Made by a program: the position numbers and the translations under genes. This document shows positions 10,088 to 19,650 of a DNA stretch of 64,000 nt, piece by piece. Source of the DNA: an uncultured Planctomycetia bacterium (GTDB taxonomy: Bacteria; Planctomycetota; MHYJ01; WSZJ01); contig CAVPNQ010000071.1 of assembly GCA_963706735.1 (NCBI GenBank), positions 3,563 through 67,562 on the forward strand. The letters are read 5' to 3'. Position 1 is the stretch's first letter. Every line of letters begins with the position of its first letter. The notes beneath the pieces were generated by a model that saw nothing but the letters and a program-made list of their open reading frames with translations, had not been told where the DNA came from and made no database searches.

Positions 10088-10150
10088 GCCGGGAGCCTAA
10101 CGGCTGGGGCAGGCGCGTGGAACGGTTTGCGTGTACCCTTCGCCCTCCGC

Positions 10151-11239
10151 ATGCCCCGCCCCCGCTTCCCCCGCTGGATCCTCCTCGCCGCCGTCGCGGT
10201 CGCCGCGACGACGATCGCCTACTTCGTCCCGCTCCTCGACTGGATCGCCGCCGCGCAGCTCAAGATCGAGACCTTCGGGGTCTGGGCCCCCATCCTTTAT
10301 GTCGTCCTCTACCTTCTGTTCACGCTCGCCCTCATCCCCGGGTCCGCCCTTACCTTCACCGCCGGCCTCCTCTACGGCGTCGGCACCGGCACCGCCATCT
10401 CCCTCTCCGCTTCCACCGTCGCCGCCGTCCTCGCCTTCCTCGTCGCCCGCTACCTGTTCCGCGGCGCCTTCGAGAAGAAATTCGCCGGCTCCCCGCGCTT
10501 CCTCGCCCTCGACCGCGCCGTGTCCAGGGACGCGTGGAAGATCGTCGTCCTCATGCGGCTCTCCCCGGCCTTTCCCTACGTCCTCCTGAACTACGCGTTC
10601 GGCCTCACCCGCGTGCGCCTCATCCCGTTCACGTTCTTCTCCCTCGTCGGCATGATCCCTGCCACCCTTCTCCTGACCTCCGCCGCCGCCGCGCTCGGCG
10701 AGGCTGCCGACGAGGCCAAGCGCGAAATCGCCGAGTCCGGGCCGCGCGTGCCGCAGGTGCTGCTGGATCCTGGTGAAGCGCCCCCGGAGGCGGTGCGAGC
10801 CGGGGTGACGTGGCTGCGGAACCGTCAGCTCATGCTGTGGCGGGAAGACGAGGCCGGGGAGAAGGAGTTTCAACAGCAGCTGGCCAACCTGACCGAGGTG
10901 CTGCTGCGCCGCGTCAGCATCGGGACGGCGGTGCCGCCGCCGCGTGAAGGGGAGTCCGCCGAGGAGTCGCGCGAGCGGATGGCCTCGGCGCTGAAGGACG
11001 CGGGGCACGAGGCGCGCGAAGCGGTCCGGTTTTTCGCCGAAGGCCGCCCGGGGACCGCGCGCGACCGGCAGAAACGGGCCGCGGAGCATTTTGCGACCGC
11101 CCGCGGGGACTCGCGGCACATCAACTGGGGACTATGGTCGGTGATCGGCGCGAGCCTTCTGGTGACGATGGCCGTGGGCCGCATGGCCCGGAAGGCGCTT
11201 GCGGAGGCCGCCCGGGAGCAGCCAGCGTCTCCCATTTAA
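10151..11239 (+). CDS. TVP38/TMEM64 (VTT/DedA) membrane protein with inserted helical domain
   Basis: PGSALTFTAGLLYG, MRLSPAFPYVLLNYAFG, GMIP motifs. Confidence 0.85.
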   Translation: MPRPRFPRWILLAAVAVAATTIAYFVPLLDWIAAAQLKIETFGVWAPILYVVLYLLFTLALIPGSALTFTAGLLYGVGTGTAISLSASTVAAVLAFLVARYLFRGAFEKKFAGSPRFLALDRAVSRDAWKIVVLMRLSPAFPYVLLNYAFGLTRVRLIPFTFFSLVGMIPATLLLTSAAAALGEAADEAKREIAESGPRVPQVLLDPGEAPPEAVRAGVTWLRNRQLMLWREDEAGEKEFQQQLANLTEVLLRRVSIGTAVPPPREGESAEESRERMASALKDAGHEAREAVRFFAEGRPGTARDRQKRAAEHFATARGDSRHINWGLWSVIGASLLVTMAVGRMARKALAEAAREQPASPI

Positions 11240-11262
11240 TGTAGGCCCTCCCGCCCTGGTCA

Positions 11263-11362
11263 TTCGCGCAGGTGATCGGGACGAAAAAAAACGCGGGAGG
11301 CGGAAGCGCGCCTGGTGCGCTTCCCCTCCCGCGTTTTTTCTCGTCCCGATCACCTGCGCGAA
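11263..11362. repeat. Long inverted repeat abutting tRNA-Cys 3' end
   Basis: TTCGCGCAGGTGATCGGGACGA...TCGTCCCGATCACCTGCGCGAA, ~45-bp near-perfect arms. Confidence 0.85.
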
Positions 11363-11433
11363 GGCGGGTCCCGGATTTGAACCGGGGAATGAAGGTTTTG
11401 CAAACCTTTGCCTTGCCACTTGGCTAACCCGCC
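11362..11433 (-). tRNA. tRNA-Cys(GCA), canonical
   Basis: GGCGGGTTAGCCAAGTGGCAAGGC AAAGG TTTGCAAA ACCTT...GGTTCAAATCC...CCCGCCT; U73; CCA not encoded. Confidence 0.96.
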
Positions 11434-11521
11434 GAGAAATCGAGGTGTGGGGTGTGGTTTGCGGCCGGCGCACGAAAGGCCGCGCGCCGGCCTCAAACCA
11501 CACCCCACACCTCGATTTCTC
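11434..11521. repeat. Long inverted repeat abutting tRNA-Cys 5' end
   Basis: GAGAAATCGAGGTGTGGGGTGTGGTTTG...CAAACCACACCCCACACCTCGATTTCTC, 28-bp perfect outer arms. Confidence 0.85.
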
Positions 11522-11670
11522 CCGAAAGGCGACAGCTACGGCTACGGCAACGGCGTTGGAGCAGGGAGAGTCTAGCGGCGGTTGGGGCGGTGTCAATTGC
11601 TCCCCCCGGGCCAACACCTGCCTCGTGGGGCCGTATCTCTTGGACTGCCACGCATTCTCCCGGGGGGTCC

Positions 11671-12414
11671 ATGAAGGTCGTCGCCCTGTTTGTCACGGCT
11701 GTCGCCGCAGCGCTGCTCGTCGCTTCGGTCGTGCAGGCCGCCGCGCTGAAGAAGCGGCTGGATGCGGTCCCGGCGCCGGCCGCGGGGGCTTCGGCAGCCC
11801 CGGTTTCGGCCGAACTGCCGCCGTCGCCCTACGAACTTGCGGAACTGGCGCGGCGCGTCGAGGCCTGCGCCGTGCGACTGGACGGAAAGGTCGATCGCGA
11901 GACGAAAGCCCTGAGGGAAGCGAAGGAGCGCTTCACCGGCATCAAGGGGCGGTCCGAGGAGTCGCTCACCGCAATCCAGAAGGAGTCGCTGGCGCTGAAG
12001 GAGGAGCTGGCGAAGAAGGCCGCGGACAAAGATAAGGTGGCGGAGCTGACCAAGCGCATCCGGACGGAGCAGCAGAAGATGATGCTCAAGCGCTTCATGG
12101 GCGACCGGATGAAGGGGGAGATGGAGAAGGTCAAGGTGGAGCTTGGGCTGAGCCCGGACCAGTCGGCGCAGTTCGACAAGGTGAGCGAAGAGATGTTCGA
12201 CAAGTTCGCGGAGATGGGGTCGAGCTTCATGGACGGCGATGCGAATCCCGCGAAGTTCCAGGAGCTGGTGACGGAGTCGAACGGGAAGATGCAGACGTTC
12301 ATGAGCGAGGACCAGTTCAAGAAGTACCAGGCGATCCAGCAGCGCCAGTTCGGCGGCGGCGGGGGCCGCCAGGGTGGCGACGGGCAGGGCGGCCAGGAAG
12401 GAGGCGGGCAATGA
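11671..12414 (+). CDS. Membrane-anchored coiled-coil protein with Spy/CpxP-like LxxxQ motifs
   Basis: N-terminal TM, coiled coil, LGLSPDQ...MSEDQFKKY. Confidence 0.75.
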   Translation: MKVVALFVTAVAAALLVASVVQAAALKKRLDAVPAPAAGASAAPVSAELPPSPYELAELARRVEACAVRLDGKVDRETKALREAKERFTGIKGRSEESLTAIQKESLALKEELAKKAADKDKVAELTKRIRTEQQKMMLKRFMGDRMKGEMEKVKVELGLSPDQSAQFDKVSEEMFDKFAEMGSSFMDGDANPAKFQELVTESNGKMQTFMSEDQFKKYQAIQQRQFGGGGGRQGGDGQGGQEGGGQ

Positions 12415-13142
12415 GCGACAAGCTCGCAGTGGCCAGTTGTGTCGTCTCGATCGCGCTTGCCGGGGTTGCAGGCTGGGCCCTCCAGGACATGCGGAAACTC
12501 GAGAAGAAGGTCGCGGCCCTGGAACACGTCACGGAGCCGGGGGCGCTTCCTGAAGCCGCGAAGCCGGACGTGAGCGACCCCCGCGGGGCGCTGGCGTCGA
12601 GGCTGGAGATGCTGGAGCGCCGGCTGGCGCAGGCGGACTCGGACTACGAGTTCAGCGTGAAGGCGTTCCAGGACGAGGCGGGGAAGGCGTCGGACGAGAT
12701 CGACGACCAGTCGAGGGAGATCATGGCAAAGCTGGCGGACATCAAGGCGAATCCGCCGAAGGAGCTGACCGACGCGATTCTCGAGGAGCAGGTGAGGGCA
12801 GGGCTGCTCAAGAAGCGGAAGAAGGACATGAAGAAGCTGCTGCGGAAGCAGGGGGACAAGCAGCTGAAGGCGGCGAAGGAGAAGATGAACCTGACCGCCG
12901 AGCAGATGGAGGAGCTCAAGAAGTTCTTCGAGGACCTGCAGGCGGAGTGGAGCGAGACGCTCGCGTTGATCTTCAGCGGCGAGGAGATTCCGCAGGACCA
13001 GCTGGAGGCGAAGGTGAACGACACGAAGACGCGGACGGACACCAAGATGAAGGAAGTGCTGAAGCCGGAGCAGTACGACACGTGGACGAAGGAAGTCGCG
13101 CCGTCGTTCTTCCAGGACCCGTTCCGCGGAGGTGGCCGATGA
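12411..13142 (+). CDS. Membrane-anchored coiled-coil protein with Spy/CpxP-like motifs
   Basis: ATGA overlap; MNLTAEQ...VLKPEQYDTW. Confidence 0.75.
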   Translation: MSDKLAVASCVVSIALAGVAGWALQDMRKLEKKVAALEHVTEPGALPEAAKPDVSDPRGALASRLEMLERRLAQADSDYEFSVKAFQDEAGKASDEIDDQSREIMAKLADIKANPPKELTDAILEEQVRAGLLKKRKKDMKKLLRKQGDKQLKAAKEKMNLTAEQMEELKKFFEDLQAEWSETLALIFSGEEIPQDQLEAKVNDTKTRTDTKMKEVLKPEQYDTWTKEVAPSFFQDPFRGGGR

Positions 13143-13864
13143 AAGCGCTTCTGCCGGTTTCGATGCTTCTGGCGGCTGCGGCGGGCGCGGCGGCGGCGTG
13201 GTTCGCGCCGGTGCGCGCGGAGATCGCGACGAGGCCCGCGGGGGTGGACGACGGGGGACAGCCGCTGACGGCGAAGCCGCTGTCGGCACTGACGGACGCG
13301 GACCGGACGGAGACGGAGAAGCTGGTGAAGCGGCTCGACGAGATCGAGGCGAAGCTGGACAAGCACCAGGAGACGTCCTCGACGGAGTGGAACGCGCTTC
13401 TGTCCGAGGTGGACCGGGAGAACGCGCGCCGCACGGTCGAAGGCGACCGGCTTGCGGGGGTCGTGAATGCCGCGAGTGGCAAGACGATCGACGCGCAGGT
13501 CGAGGACCTGATGGACGAGACCGGGAAGAAGCGCGTGCGCGGGTTCCTCAAGGGCTGGATCGACACCGAGGCGAACGCGCTGAAGACGCACCTGGGGCTC
13601 GTCGGCTCGCAGGCGGCGGCGGTGGACACGCTGATTTCGGACATCATGAAGGAAGAAGAAGAGAAGCTCGCGAAGGACGACGCGGGAGACAACATGATCG
13701 GCTGGCGCAGCGACATCATGCAGAGCGCGCGCGAAAAGCTGCGCGACCGGATCGACCCGCTGCTGACCGGCGAGCAGAAACCGAAGGCCCAGGACTGGTT
13801 CAAGTCGAACGACTGGGGCCGGGCCTGGAGGGAATCGCAGAAGAAGAAGGAAGAAGGGAAGTAG
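13139..13864 (+). CDS. Membrane-anchored coiled-coil protein with Spy/CpxP-like motifs
   Basis: ATGA overlap; LGLVGSQ...LLTGEQ. Confidence 0.72.
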   Translation: MKALLPVSMLLAAAAGAAAAWFAPVRAEIATRPAGVDDGGQPLTAKPLSALTDADRTETEKLVKRLDEIEAKLDKHQETSSTEWNALLSEVDRENARRTVEGDRLAGVVNAASGKTIDAQVEDLMDETGKKRVRGFLKGWIDTEANALKTHLGLVGSQAAAVDTLISDIMKEEEEKLAKDDAGDNMIGWRSDIMQSAREKLRDRIDPLLTGEQKPKAQDWFKSNDWGRAWRESQKKKEEGK

Positions 13865-13995
13865 CGCCGGAAGGCCCGGAAACGGGCTCAACTTCTTCAG
13901 AAAAAGCGGGCTCGAGGCATGCCTCGGGCCCGTTTTCGTCTCTAAGGCCTTGGCCCGCCTCGACCTCTGGCTCCGGCCAGAAGCCCTTCTCTTCC

Positions 13996-14025
13996 TTGAC
14001 TCACCTTCCCCCTCCTCCCTACAAT
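13996..14025 (+). promoter_or_regulatory. sigma70-type promoter
   Basis: TTGACT-N18-TACAAT upstream of the 14080 CDS. Confidence 0.55.
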
Positions 14026-14079
14026 CCCGCGCCTTACAGTGCTGGGGGTTTCCTGTTCTGCTCTTCAAAGGAGGGCTTG

Positions 14080-16353
14080 ATGAGCGCCCGAGTTCTGCAG
14101 TCGCTGACGCTGTCCGCGTTGCTCTTTGCCGGTACCGCTGCGTTCGCGCAGGGTCCGGATGAGGAGCAGTTCAAGACCCTCTATCGCGAGGGCCTCGACC
14201 TTTACTCCCGCGGCCAGAAGAAGGAGGCCTACGAGAAGCTCGAGCAGGCCCTCCGGATCAAGGTCGACGACAAGCTTGTCCTGTACATGCGGGACGAGAT
14301 GAGCTGGAAGACGCTCGAGATGATGCTGATGGACGGTGGCGAAATCCGCCAGACCGCCCTTCGGATCATGGAGCTGGCCAAGAGCAAGGCCGAGAACCTC
14401 AGGAAGAAGCCTGAGGAGATCGAGGCCTACGTGATGCTCCTCGACTCGAACAAGTTCGTGCAGGTCCAGGAGGCCGAGTACCACCTCCGCGCGATCGGCA
14501 CCTACGCGAACGGGCCGCTGATCGGGCACCTGGGCGACGCGAAGAGCGAGACGCTTCGCACGAACGTCATCGTCTGCCTGTCGCACATGCAGGACGAAGC
14601 GACGATGGCGGTGGCGGACGCGCTGAACTCGACGGACAAGCTGACGCAGCAGAACGCGTGCGTCGTGCTCGGGAACATCGGCGACATCCGCGGCCTTGCG
14701 GAACTGCGCCGGGTGGTCGAGAGCGGCACGACGGACGCCGAGGTGAAGACCTTCGCGCAGCGCGCGATCGACCGGATCGTCGCGGCGCACCCGGAGGAGA
14801 CGGGGCTGTCGGGGAAGAGCGCCAAGGAGACGTACGTGATCCTGGCGGAGCGGTGGTATCGCTCGCACCCGTCGGTCATGCACTACATGTTCGGCGACTA
14901 CGTCGTGTGGCGCTGGAGCACGGCCGAGAACAAGATCGTCGGCCGCGATGTCCCGCCGTTCGCGATGAACGAGGAGCTGGCCGAGGAGGCCCTTCACGAC
15001 GCGATCCAGATCGACAACGGTTACGCCGATGCGTGGAGCCTGCTGGCCTGCGTGTCGTTCCAGCAGTACGAGGAAGCCCAGGTCGCGCTTGAGGACGGCG
15101 AGAAGAAGTTCTCGCTGGGCGAGATCAAGCAGGAGGACCTGGACGGGCTGAAGAAGGAAATGGTCAACATCGAGCAGGCGCACTTCCTCGGCGTCATGGC
15201 GGGGCGCGATGCGCTCTACCGCGCGCTGTCGAAGTCGCTGGCGGACGACACGGCGCAGGTTTCCGTTGCGATCTGCTGGGCGCTCGGGATGACGGCTCTC
15301 GGCGGCGACCTGACGGCGTCGGGCGATGTCCTTGGCCCCCCGCTGTGCGAGGCGCTGAAGAATGCCGACAAGCGGGTGCAGTACGCGTCGGCGGAAGCGA
15401 TCGTGCGCCTGAACCCGACGCAGAACTTCGCGAACATGGAGCTCGTGGCGGGGAACCTGGGCAAGGCCATCCGCGAGCAGTCGGTGCGGGTCGCCCTTCT
15501 CGTCGAACCCGACGACACGACCCGCGCCCGCATGGCGGACACGCTGTCGGCGGCGGGGATCTACGTGGTGCAGGCTTCGAGCGCGAAGCACGCGCTGCTG
15601 AAGATCAAGGAATTCCCGGTTGAGGACGTGATCATCTGCGACGGCCAGACCCTGAACACGGTCGTCTTCAGCGTCGAGATCCGCGGCAAGAACCAGGCGG
15701 AGACGTCGGTGCTGGATTCGCTGCAGCAGGACCTGCGCACCAAGCAGGTGCCGATCGTGGTGACGGGCGCCGATGCGGCCGAGATCACGAAGTGGCAGGG
15801 GATCTTCAAGACCGAGGTCAAGGACTACGCCGAGAAGAGCCTGGACGGGGCGGCGTGGCAGAAGAAGCTGGATCCGCTGATCGAACCGACGATGGACCGG
15901 TCGAAGCAGCGCGCGGAGAAGGCGGCGATTTCTGCGGCCAACGCCCTCGCGACGATCCGGGTCCAGAACACGGTGTTCACGAATCTCCAGGAAGCGGTTG
16001 ACGGCGGAGTTGCGGCGCTGGACGGCCGCACCGACTCGATCCGCATCCCGGTGTGCAAGGCGCTCGGCGCGCTCGGCAACGCCTCGGCCCTGGACGCCCT
16101 GTCCAAGGTCCTTGCGGATGCGTCGAACGACAAGAACGTCCGGATCGCGGCGGCCGGCGACGGCCTCGCGCGGATCTACCAGCAGTCGGCGGCGAGCCCG
16201 AACGAGGACCAGGTCAAGGCCCTCGTCGCAGGGATCACCGACGCGGATGTCGATGTCCAGCGGGCGACCGCCAAGGCGATCGGCGCGGCGCGGCTCACCA
16301 ACGAGCAGCGCGCTTCGATCTTCGCGGCGAAGAGGTTGCACCAGCTGAAGTAG
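14080..16353 (+). CDS. Secreted HEAT-repeat protein with receiver-like domain
   Basis: AAGGAGG RBS, signal peptide (AFA-Q), HEAT repeats, VALLVEPD...DVIICD receiver-like segment. Confidence 0.85.
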   Translation: MSARVLQSLTLSALLFAGTAAFAQGPDEEQFKTLYREGLDLYSRGQKKEAYEKLEQALRIKVDDKLVLYMRDEMSWKTLEMMLMDGGEIRQTALRIMELAKSKAENLRKKPEEIEAYVMLLDSNKFVQVQEAEYHLRAIGTYANGPLIGHLGDAKSETLRTNVIVCLSHMQDEATMAVADALNSTDKLTQQNACVVLGNIGDIRGLAELRRVVESGTTDAEVKTFAQRAIDRIVAAHPEETGLSGKSAKETYVILAERWYRSHPSVMHYMFGDYVVWRWSTAENKIVGRDVPPFAMNEELAEEALHDAIQIDNGYADAWSLLACVSFQQYEEAQVALEDGEKKFSLGEIKQEDLDGLKKEMVNIEQAHFLGVMAGRDALYRALSKSLADDTAQVSVAICWALGMTALGGDLTASGDVLGPPLCEALKNADKRVQYASAEAIVRLNPTQNFANMELVAGNLGKAIREQSVRVALLVEPDDTTRARMADTLSAAGIYVVQASSAKHALLKIKEFPVEDVIICDGQTLNTVVFSVEIRGKNQAETSVLDSLQQDLRTKQVPIVVTGADAAEITKWQGIFKTEVKDYAEKSLDGAAWQKKLDPLIEPTMDRSKQRAEKAAISAANALATIRVQNTVFTNLQEAVDGGVAALDGRTDSIRIPVCKALGALGNASALDALSKVLADASNDKNVRIAAAGDGLARIYQQSAASPNEDQVKALVAGITDADVDVQRATAKAIGAARLTNEQRASIFAAKRLHQLK

Positions 16354-16377
16354 GTGAAGGCAGGATGTGAATCACAG

Positions 16378-16412
16378 GAAGGCCCCGGCTTTGCCGGGGC
16401 CTTCTTTTTTTT
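16378..16412 (+). terminator. Intrinsic terminator
   Basis: GAAGGCCCCGGC-TTT-GCCGGGGCCTTC followed by T8. Confidence 0.9.
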
Positions 16413-16507
16413 ACGGCGTCGAAGGCTTCGCGGCAACGCGACCCCGCTCGTGTAGAATGCGGGGCGTTGGGGGGATGTCCCGGGCTCGGCCCGCTGTCGG
16501 AGTTCCG

Positions 16508-17371
16508 ATGATGCGCTTCCTCGCTCTCGCCCTCGCGCTCTCACTTCCTTCCGCCGCGCATGCCGGTTTCGGCTTCTCGTATTCGCACTCGGGCGGGAAT
16601 TCCAGCTGGTCGGTCTCCATACGGGTGGGCGGGTACGGAAGCGCCTACGTGCCCGTGGCGTCGCGTGCCTACGGCCCCATCATCCACGCGCGCTGGCCCA
16701 CGCCGGGAAACCGCTTCCATGCCACCACCGACAACGTGTGGCTCTACAACCCGTACAACCCGCCGAGCTACCGCACGTTCGGGCTCGTGTACCTCGACGC
16801 GGACGGGAAGGTGACGGGCGTGTCGGAGTACCCGAAATCGGGGCGCGGTTTCGATTTCGACCTGACGATCCTGCAGGAAGAAGCGGCGCTTCGGGACAAG
16901 GGCCTGGGGCGGGCGGAGGCTGCGGCCAGGAAGGCGCGCGCGCGGGCGATCCAGGCGGGGCTGTCGTTCCTGCGGGAGCGGAACTACCGGGACGCGCAGA
17001 CGGCGCTGAAGGACGCGGTGTGGACGGATCCGGACGACGGGCCGGGGCAGATGCTGTACGGGATCGCTCTTCTGGCGGCGGGGGACGTCGTGCCGGCGGC
17101 GAAGGCCGTGCGCCGCGGGTTCGAGGCGATGCCGGAATTCCGGCGCGACTGGGCGCGGCTGGCGGACCTTATCCCCGACCGCGGCGAACGCGACCGCATC
17201 GCCGCGGACGTCGAGGGGCGCCTCAAGGCCGCCCCAGGCGACGCCGCCATGCGCTTCCTCGCCGGCTGGATCGTGTTTTCCTCCGGCGATGGCGCGAAAG
17301 CCGCGGAGCACTGGAAGCAGCTTCCCGAGGACGCCGTGCGGGAGAGGCTTCTCCTGCTCGCCGCCGAGTAG
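16508..17371 (+). CDS. Secreted TPR-repeat protein
   Basis: Signal peptide (AHA-G), C-terminal TPR-like helices. Confidence 0.75.
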   Translation: MMRFLALALALSLPSAAHAGFGFSYSHSGGNSSWSVSIRVGGYGSAYVPVASRAYGPIIHARWPTPGNRFHATTDNVWLYNPYNPPSYRTFGLVYLDADGKVTGVSEYPKSGRGFDFDLTILQEEAALRDKGLGRAEAAARKARARAIQAGLSFLRERNYRDAQTALKDAVWTDPDDGPGQMLYGIALLAAGDVVPAAKAVRRGFEAMPEFRRDWARLADLIPDRGERDRIAADVEGRLKAAPGDAAMRFLAGWIVFSSGDGAKAAEHWKQLPEDAVRERLLLLAAE

Positions 17372-17416
17372 TCCCCGTTCCTCGCCGTCCTCCCGGGCGC
17401 GGGCTATAATTTCGGC

Positions 17417-18787
17417 GTGCACGAAAACTCCTTCGGCGCCCTCGCCGTCCAGCGCGGGTTCCTGTCCCTCCGCCAGCTCAACGAGTGCCTCACCCTCCAG
17501 CACTCGCTTCGCCAGCGCGGCCGCCCCACGCCCAAGATCGCGACGATCCTGATCAAGAAGGGGCACATGACGGTGGAGCAGGCGCGCGAGGTGATCGACG
17601 CGCAGGCCCAGGCGGGGCAGGCGCCGGCGGAGGAAGGGATCGACGAGATCGCGCTGGCGGACCAGCAGGACCTGTCGTTCGGGGCGGTGGCGATCGACCT
17701 GGGGCTGGTGACGATCGAGCAGGTGGACGAGTGCCTGGCGGAGCAGCGGCGGCAGAGAGATTCCGGCCCGCACCCGCGGCGGATCGCGGCGCTGATGGTG
17801 GACAAGAAGTACGTGTCCAGCGAGCAGGCGAAGATGGTGCTGAAGGTGCAGCAGAAGAAGCGCGGGTACGAGCTGATCCCGGGGTACCGCGTGCTGGGGC
17901 TCGTGGGGCGCGGCGCCATGGGGACGGTGTACAGGGCGCTTCAGGTGCGCATGGAGCGCGAAGTCGCGATCAAGATCCTGTCGCCGAAGTACGCGCACCG
18001 GCCGGAGTTCGTGGAGAGGTTTTTCCGTGAAGCGCGCGCGGCGGCGAAGGTGTCGCACGCGAACATCATCCAGGGGATCGACGTCGGCGAGCACAGCGGG
18101 CTGTACTACTTCGTGATGGAGTACGTCGAGGGGAAGACCGTGGGCCAGATCGTGGGGCGCGGCGAGGTGTTCGAGCCGCGCGAGGCGTGCATGATCGTGA
18201 GGCAGGTGGCGGCGGCGATGGAAGCGGCGTGGGCTGCGGGGCTGCTGCACCGGGACATCAAGCCGGACAACATCCTGGTGACGGACGCGGGCGTCGCGAA
18301 GCTGTGCGACCTGGGGCTTGCGAAGGCGATGGCGGGGGACCCGGACGAGACGGACCCCGAATTCGCGGTGGGGACGCCGGACTACATTTCGCCGGAGCAA
18401 TCGATGGGGTCGGAGGACGTGGACATCCGGAGCGACATCTACTCGCTGGGCGCGACGTTCTACCACATGGTGACGGGGCAGCTACCGTTCACGGGGATGG
18501 ACGCCGTGTCGGTGATGCGCAAGCACGCGACCGAGCCGCTGGTTCCGCCGCGGGCCCGCCGGCCGTCCCTGCCGCTCGGCGTCAACCTCGTGATCATGCG
18601 GATGATGGAGAAGGTCACGGCGGCGCGCTACCAGCAGCCGGCCCAGCTGATCCGCGACCTGGACGCGATCCTTGCCGGACAGGCGCCCCCGACGTTCAGG
18701 GCGACGATGGAGAAAGGACCGGTCGGGCCGGGAGCAGGCGACGGGAAGGGGCCGAAATTCCCGATCCTTAAGCGGTACCGCCGGTAG
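17417..18787 (+). CDS. Ser/Thr protein kinase with N-terminal MshEN-like repeats
   Basis: GRGAMG, VAIK, HRDIKPDN, DLG, GTPDYISPE. Confidence 0.95.
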   Translation: MHENSFGALAVQRGFLSLRQLNECLTLQHSLRQRGRPTPKIATILIKKGHMTVEQAREVIDAQAQAGQAPAEEGIDEIALADQQDLSFGAVAIDLGLVTIEQVDECLAEQRRQRDSGPHPRRIAALMVDKKYVSSEQAKMVLKVQQKKRGYELIPGYRVLGLVGRGAMGTVYRALQVRMEREVAIKILSPKYAHRPEFVERFFREARAAAKVSHANIIQGIDVGEHSGLYYFVMEYVEGKTVGQIVGRGEVFEPREACMIVRQVAAAMEAAWAAGLLHRDIKPDNILVTDAGVAKLCDLGLAKAMAGDPDETDPEFAVGTPDYISPEQSMGSEDVDIRSDIYSLGATFYHMVTGQLPFTGMDAVSVMRKHATEPLVPPRARRPSLPLGVNLVIMRMMEKVTAARYQQPAQLIRDLDAILAGQAPPTFRATMEKGPVGPGAGDGKGPKFPILKRYRR

Positions 18788-18840
18788 AAGCGTCAGCGGT
18801 TTTTTCAGGTTTCCCGCAGGCCCTGTGCGAGACTGAAGCG

Positions 18841-19512
18841 ATGCGACAGTACGTGAGCGCCGAAACAGACGCCTCCGATCGCAAGGACTACGAGGGCTGG
18901 CGCAACAAATACGCCGACGAGAAGGAGCGCTGCCGCCAGTACGAGAAGCGCTTCGCGGGCGGCGCGGGGCGGGGGCTGTCGAGCTGGATGGACGGCCGGA
19001 TGGTGAGGCGCGCCCTCCAGGGCGTGGACCCGGGCGGCGTGGTCCTCGACTCCCCGTGCGGCGGCGGCCGGATCGCACGGGCGGTTCTCGCGGGAAAGCG
19101 GCGCGTCGTGGTAGCCGACTTTTCGCCCTGGATGGTGATCGAGTCGCTGCCCGGGACGCTCGGCGGCGCCCGCGCCGACGCGCTGCGGCTGCCGTTCAAG
19201 GACAAGGCCTTCGCGGCGTCGGTCTGCTTCCGCTTCCTTCATTCCGTCCCTGTGGCGCTGAAGCTGGCGGCGATCCGCGAGCTGGGAAGGGTCTCCGGGG
19301 TAGTCCTGCTCAATTACCTGAATGCCCTGTCTTCGAGGAACGTGAAGCGCTTCATCCTGGGCCAGAAGCAGCTGGCGAACCGGATGACGGAGTTGCAGGC
19401 TGTAGCGGAGGTGGAAGCGGCGGGGCTGAAGGTGGAGAAGTGCGTGTACAAGTCGAAGTTCTTCTTTGAGGACTTTGTCGTGGTCGCAAAGAGTCCGGCG
19501 GCGGCGAGTTAA
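18841..19512 (+). CDS. Class I SAM-dependent methyltransferase
   Basis: VLDSPCGGGR motif I, ADALRLPFKD. Confidence 0.88.
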   Translation: MRQYVSAETDASDRKDYEGWRNKYADEKERCRQYEKRFAGGAGRGLSSWMDGRMVRRALQGVDPGGVVLDSPCGGGRIARAVLAGKRRVVVADFSPWMVIESLPGTLGGARADALRLPFKDKAFAASVCFRFLHSVPVALKLAAIRELGRVSGVVLLNYLNALSSRNVKRFILGQKQLANRMTELQAVAEVEAAGLKVEKCVYKSKFFFEDFVVVAKSPAAAS

Positions 19513-19650
19513 TCGAGTTTTAATTCAACAGTCAGATTGCGATCATCGAGCGGCCGGTACAGTCGGCAGCAGTTCCGTCGATCCGTCGTTGCGTCCCAGC
19601 GCCCGCGGTCCACACCCTGCGTGGACTTCGCGCCCTCCGAGGGTTGACCC

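Noticed and set aside
8744-11239. 831-aa ORF suggesting a large fusion
   Set aside because: N-terminal part is antisense to the NtrC regulator; the real gene starts at 10151
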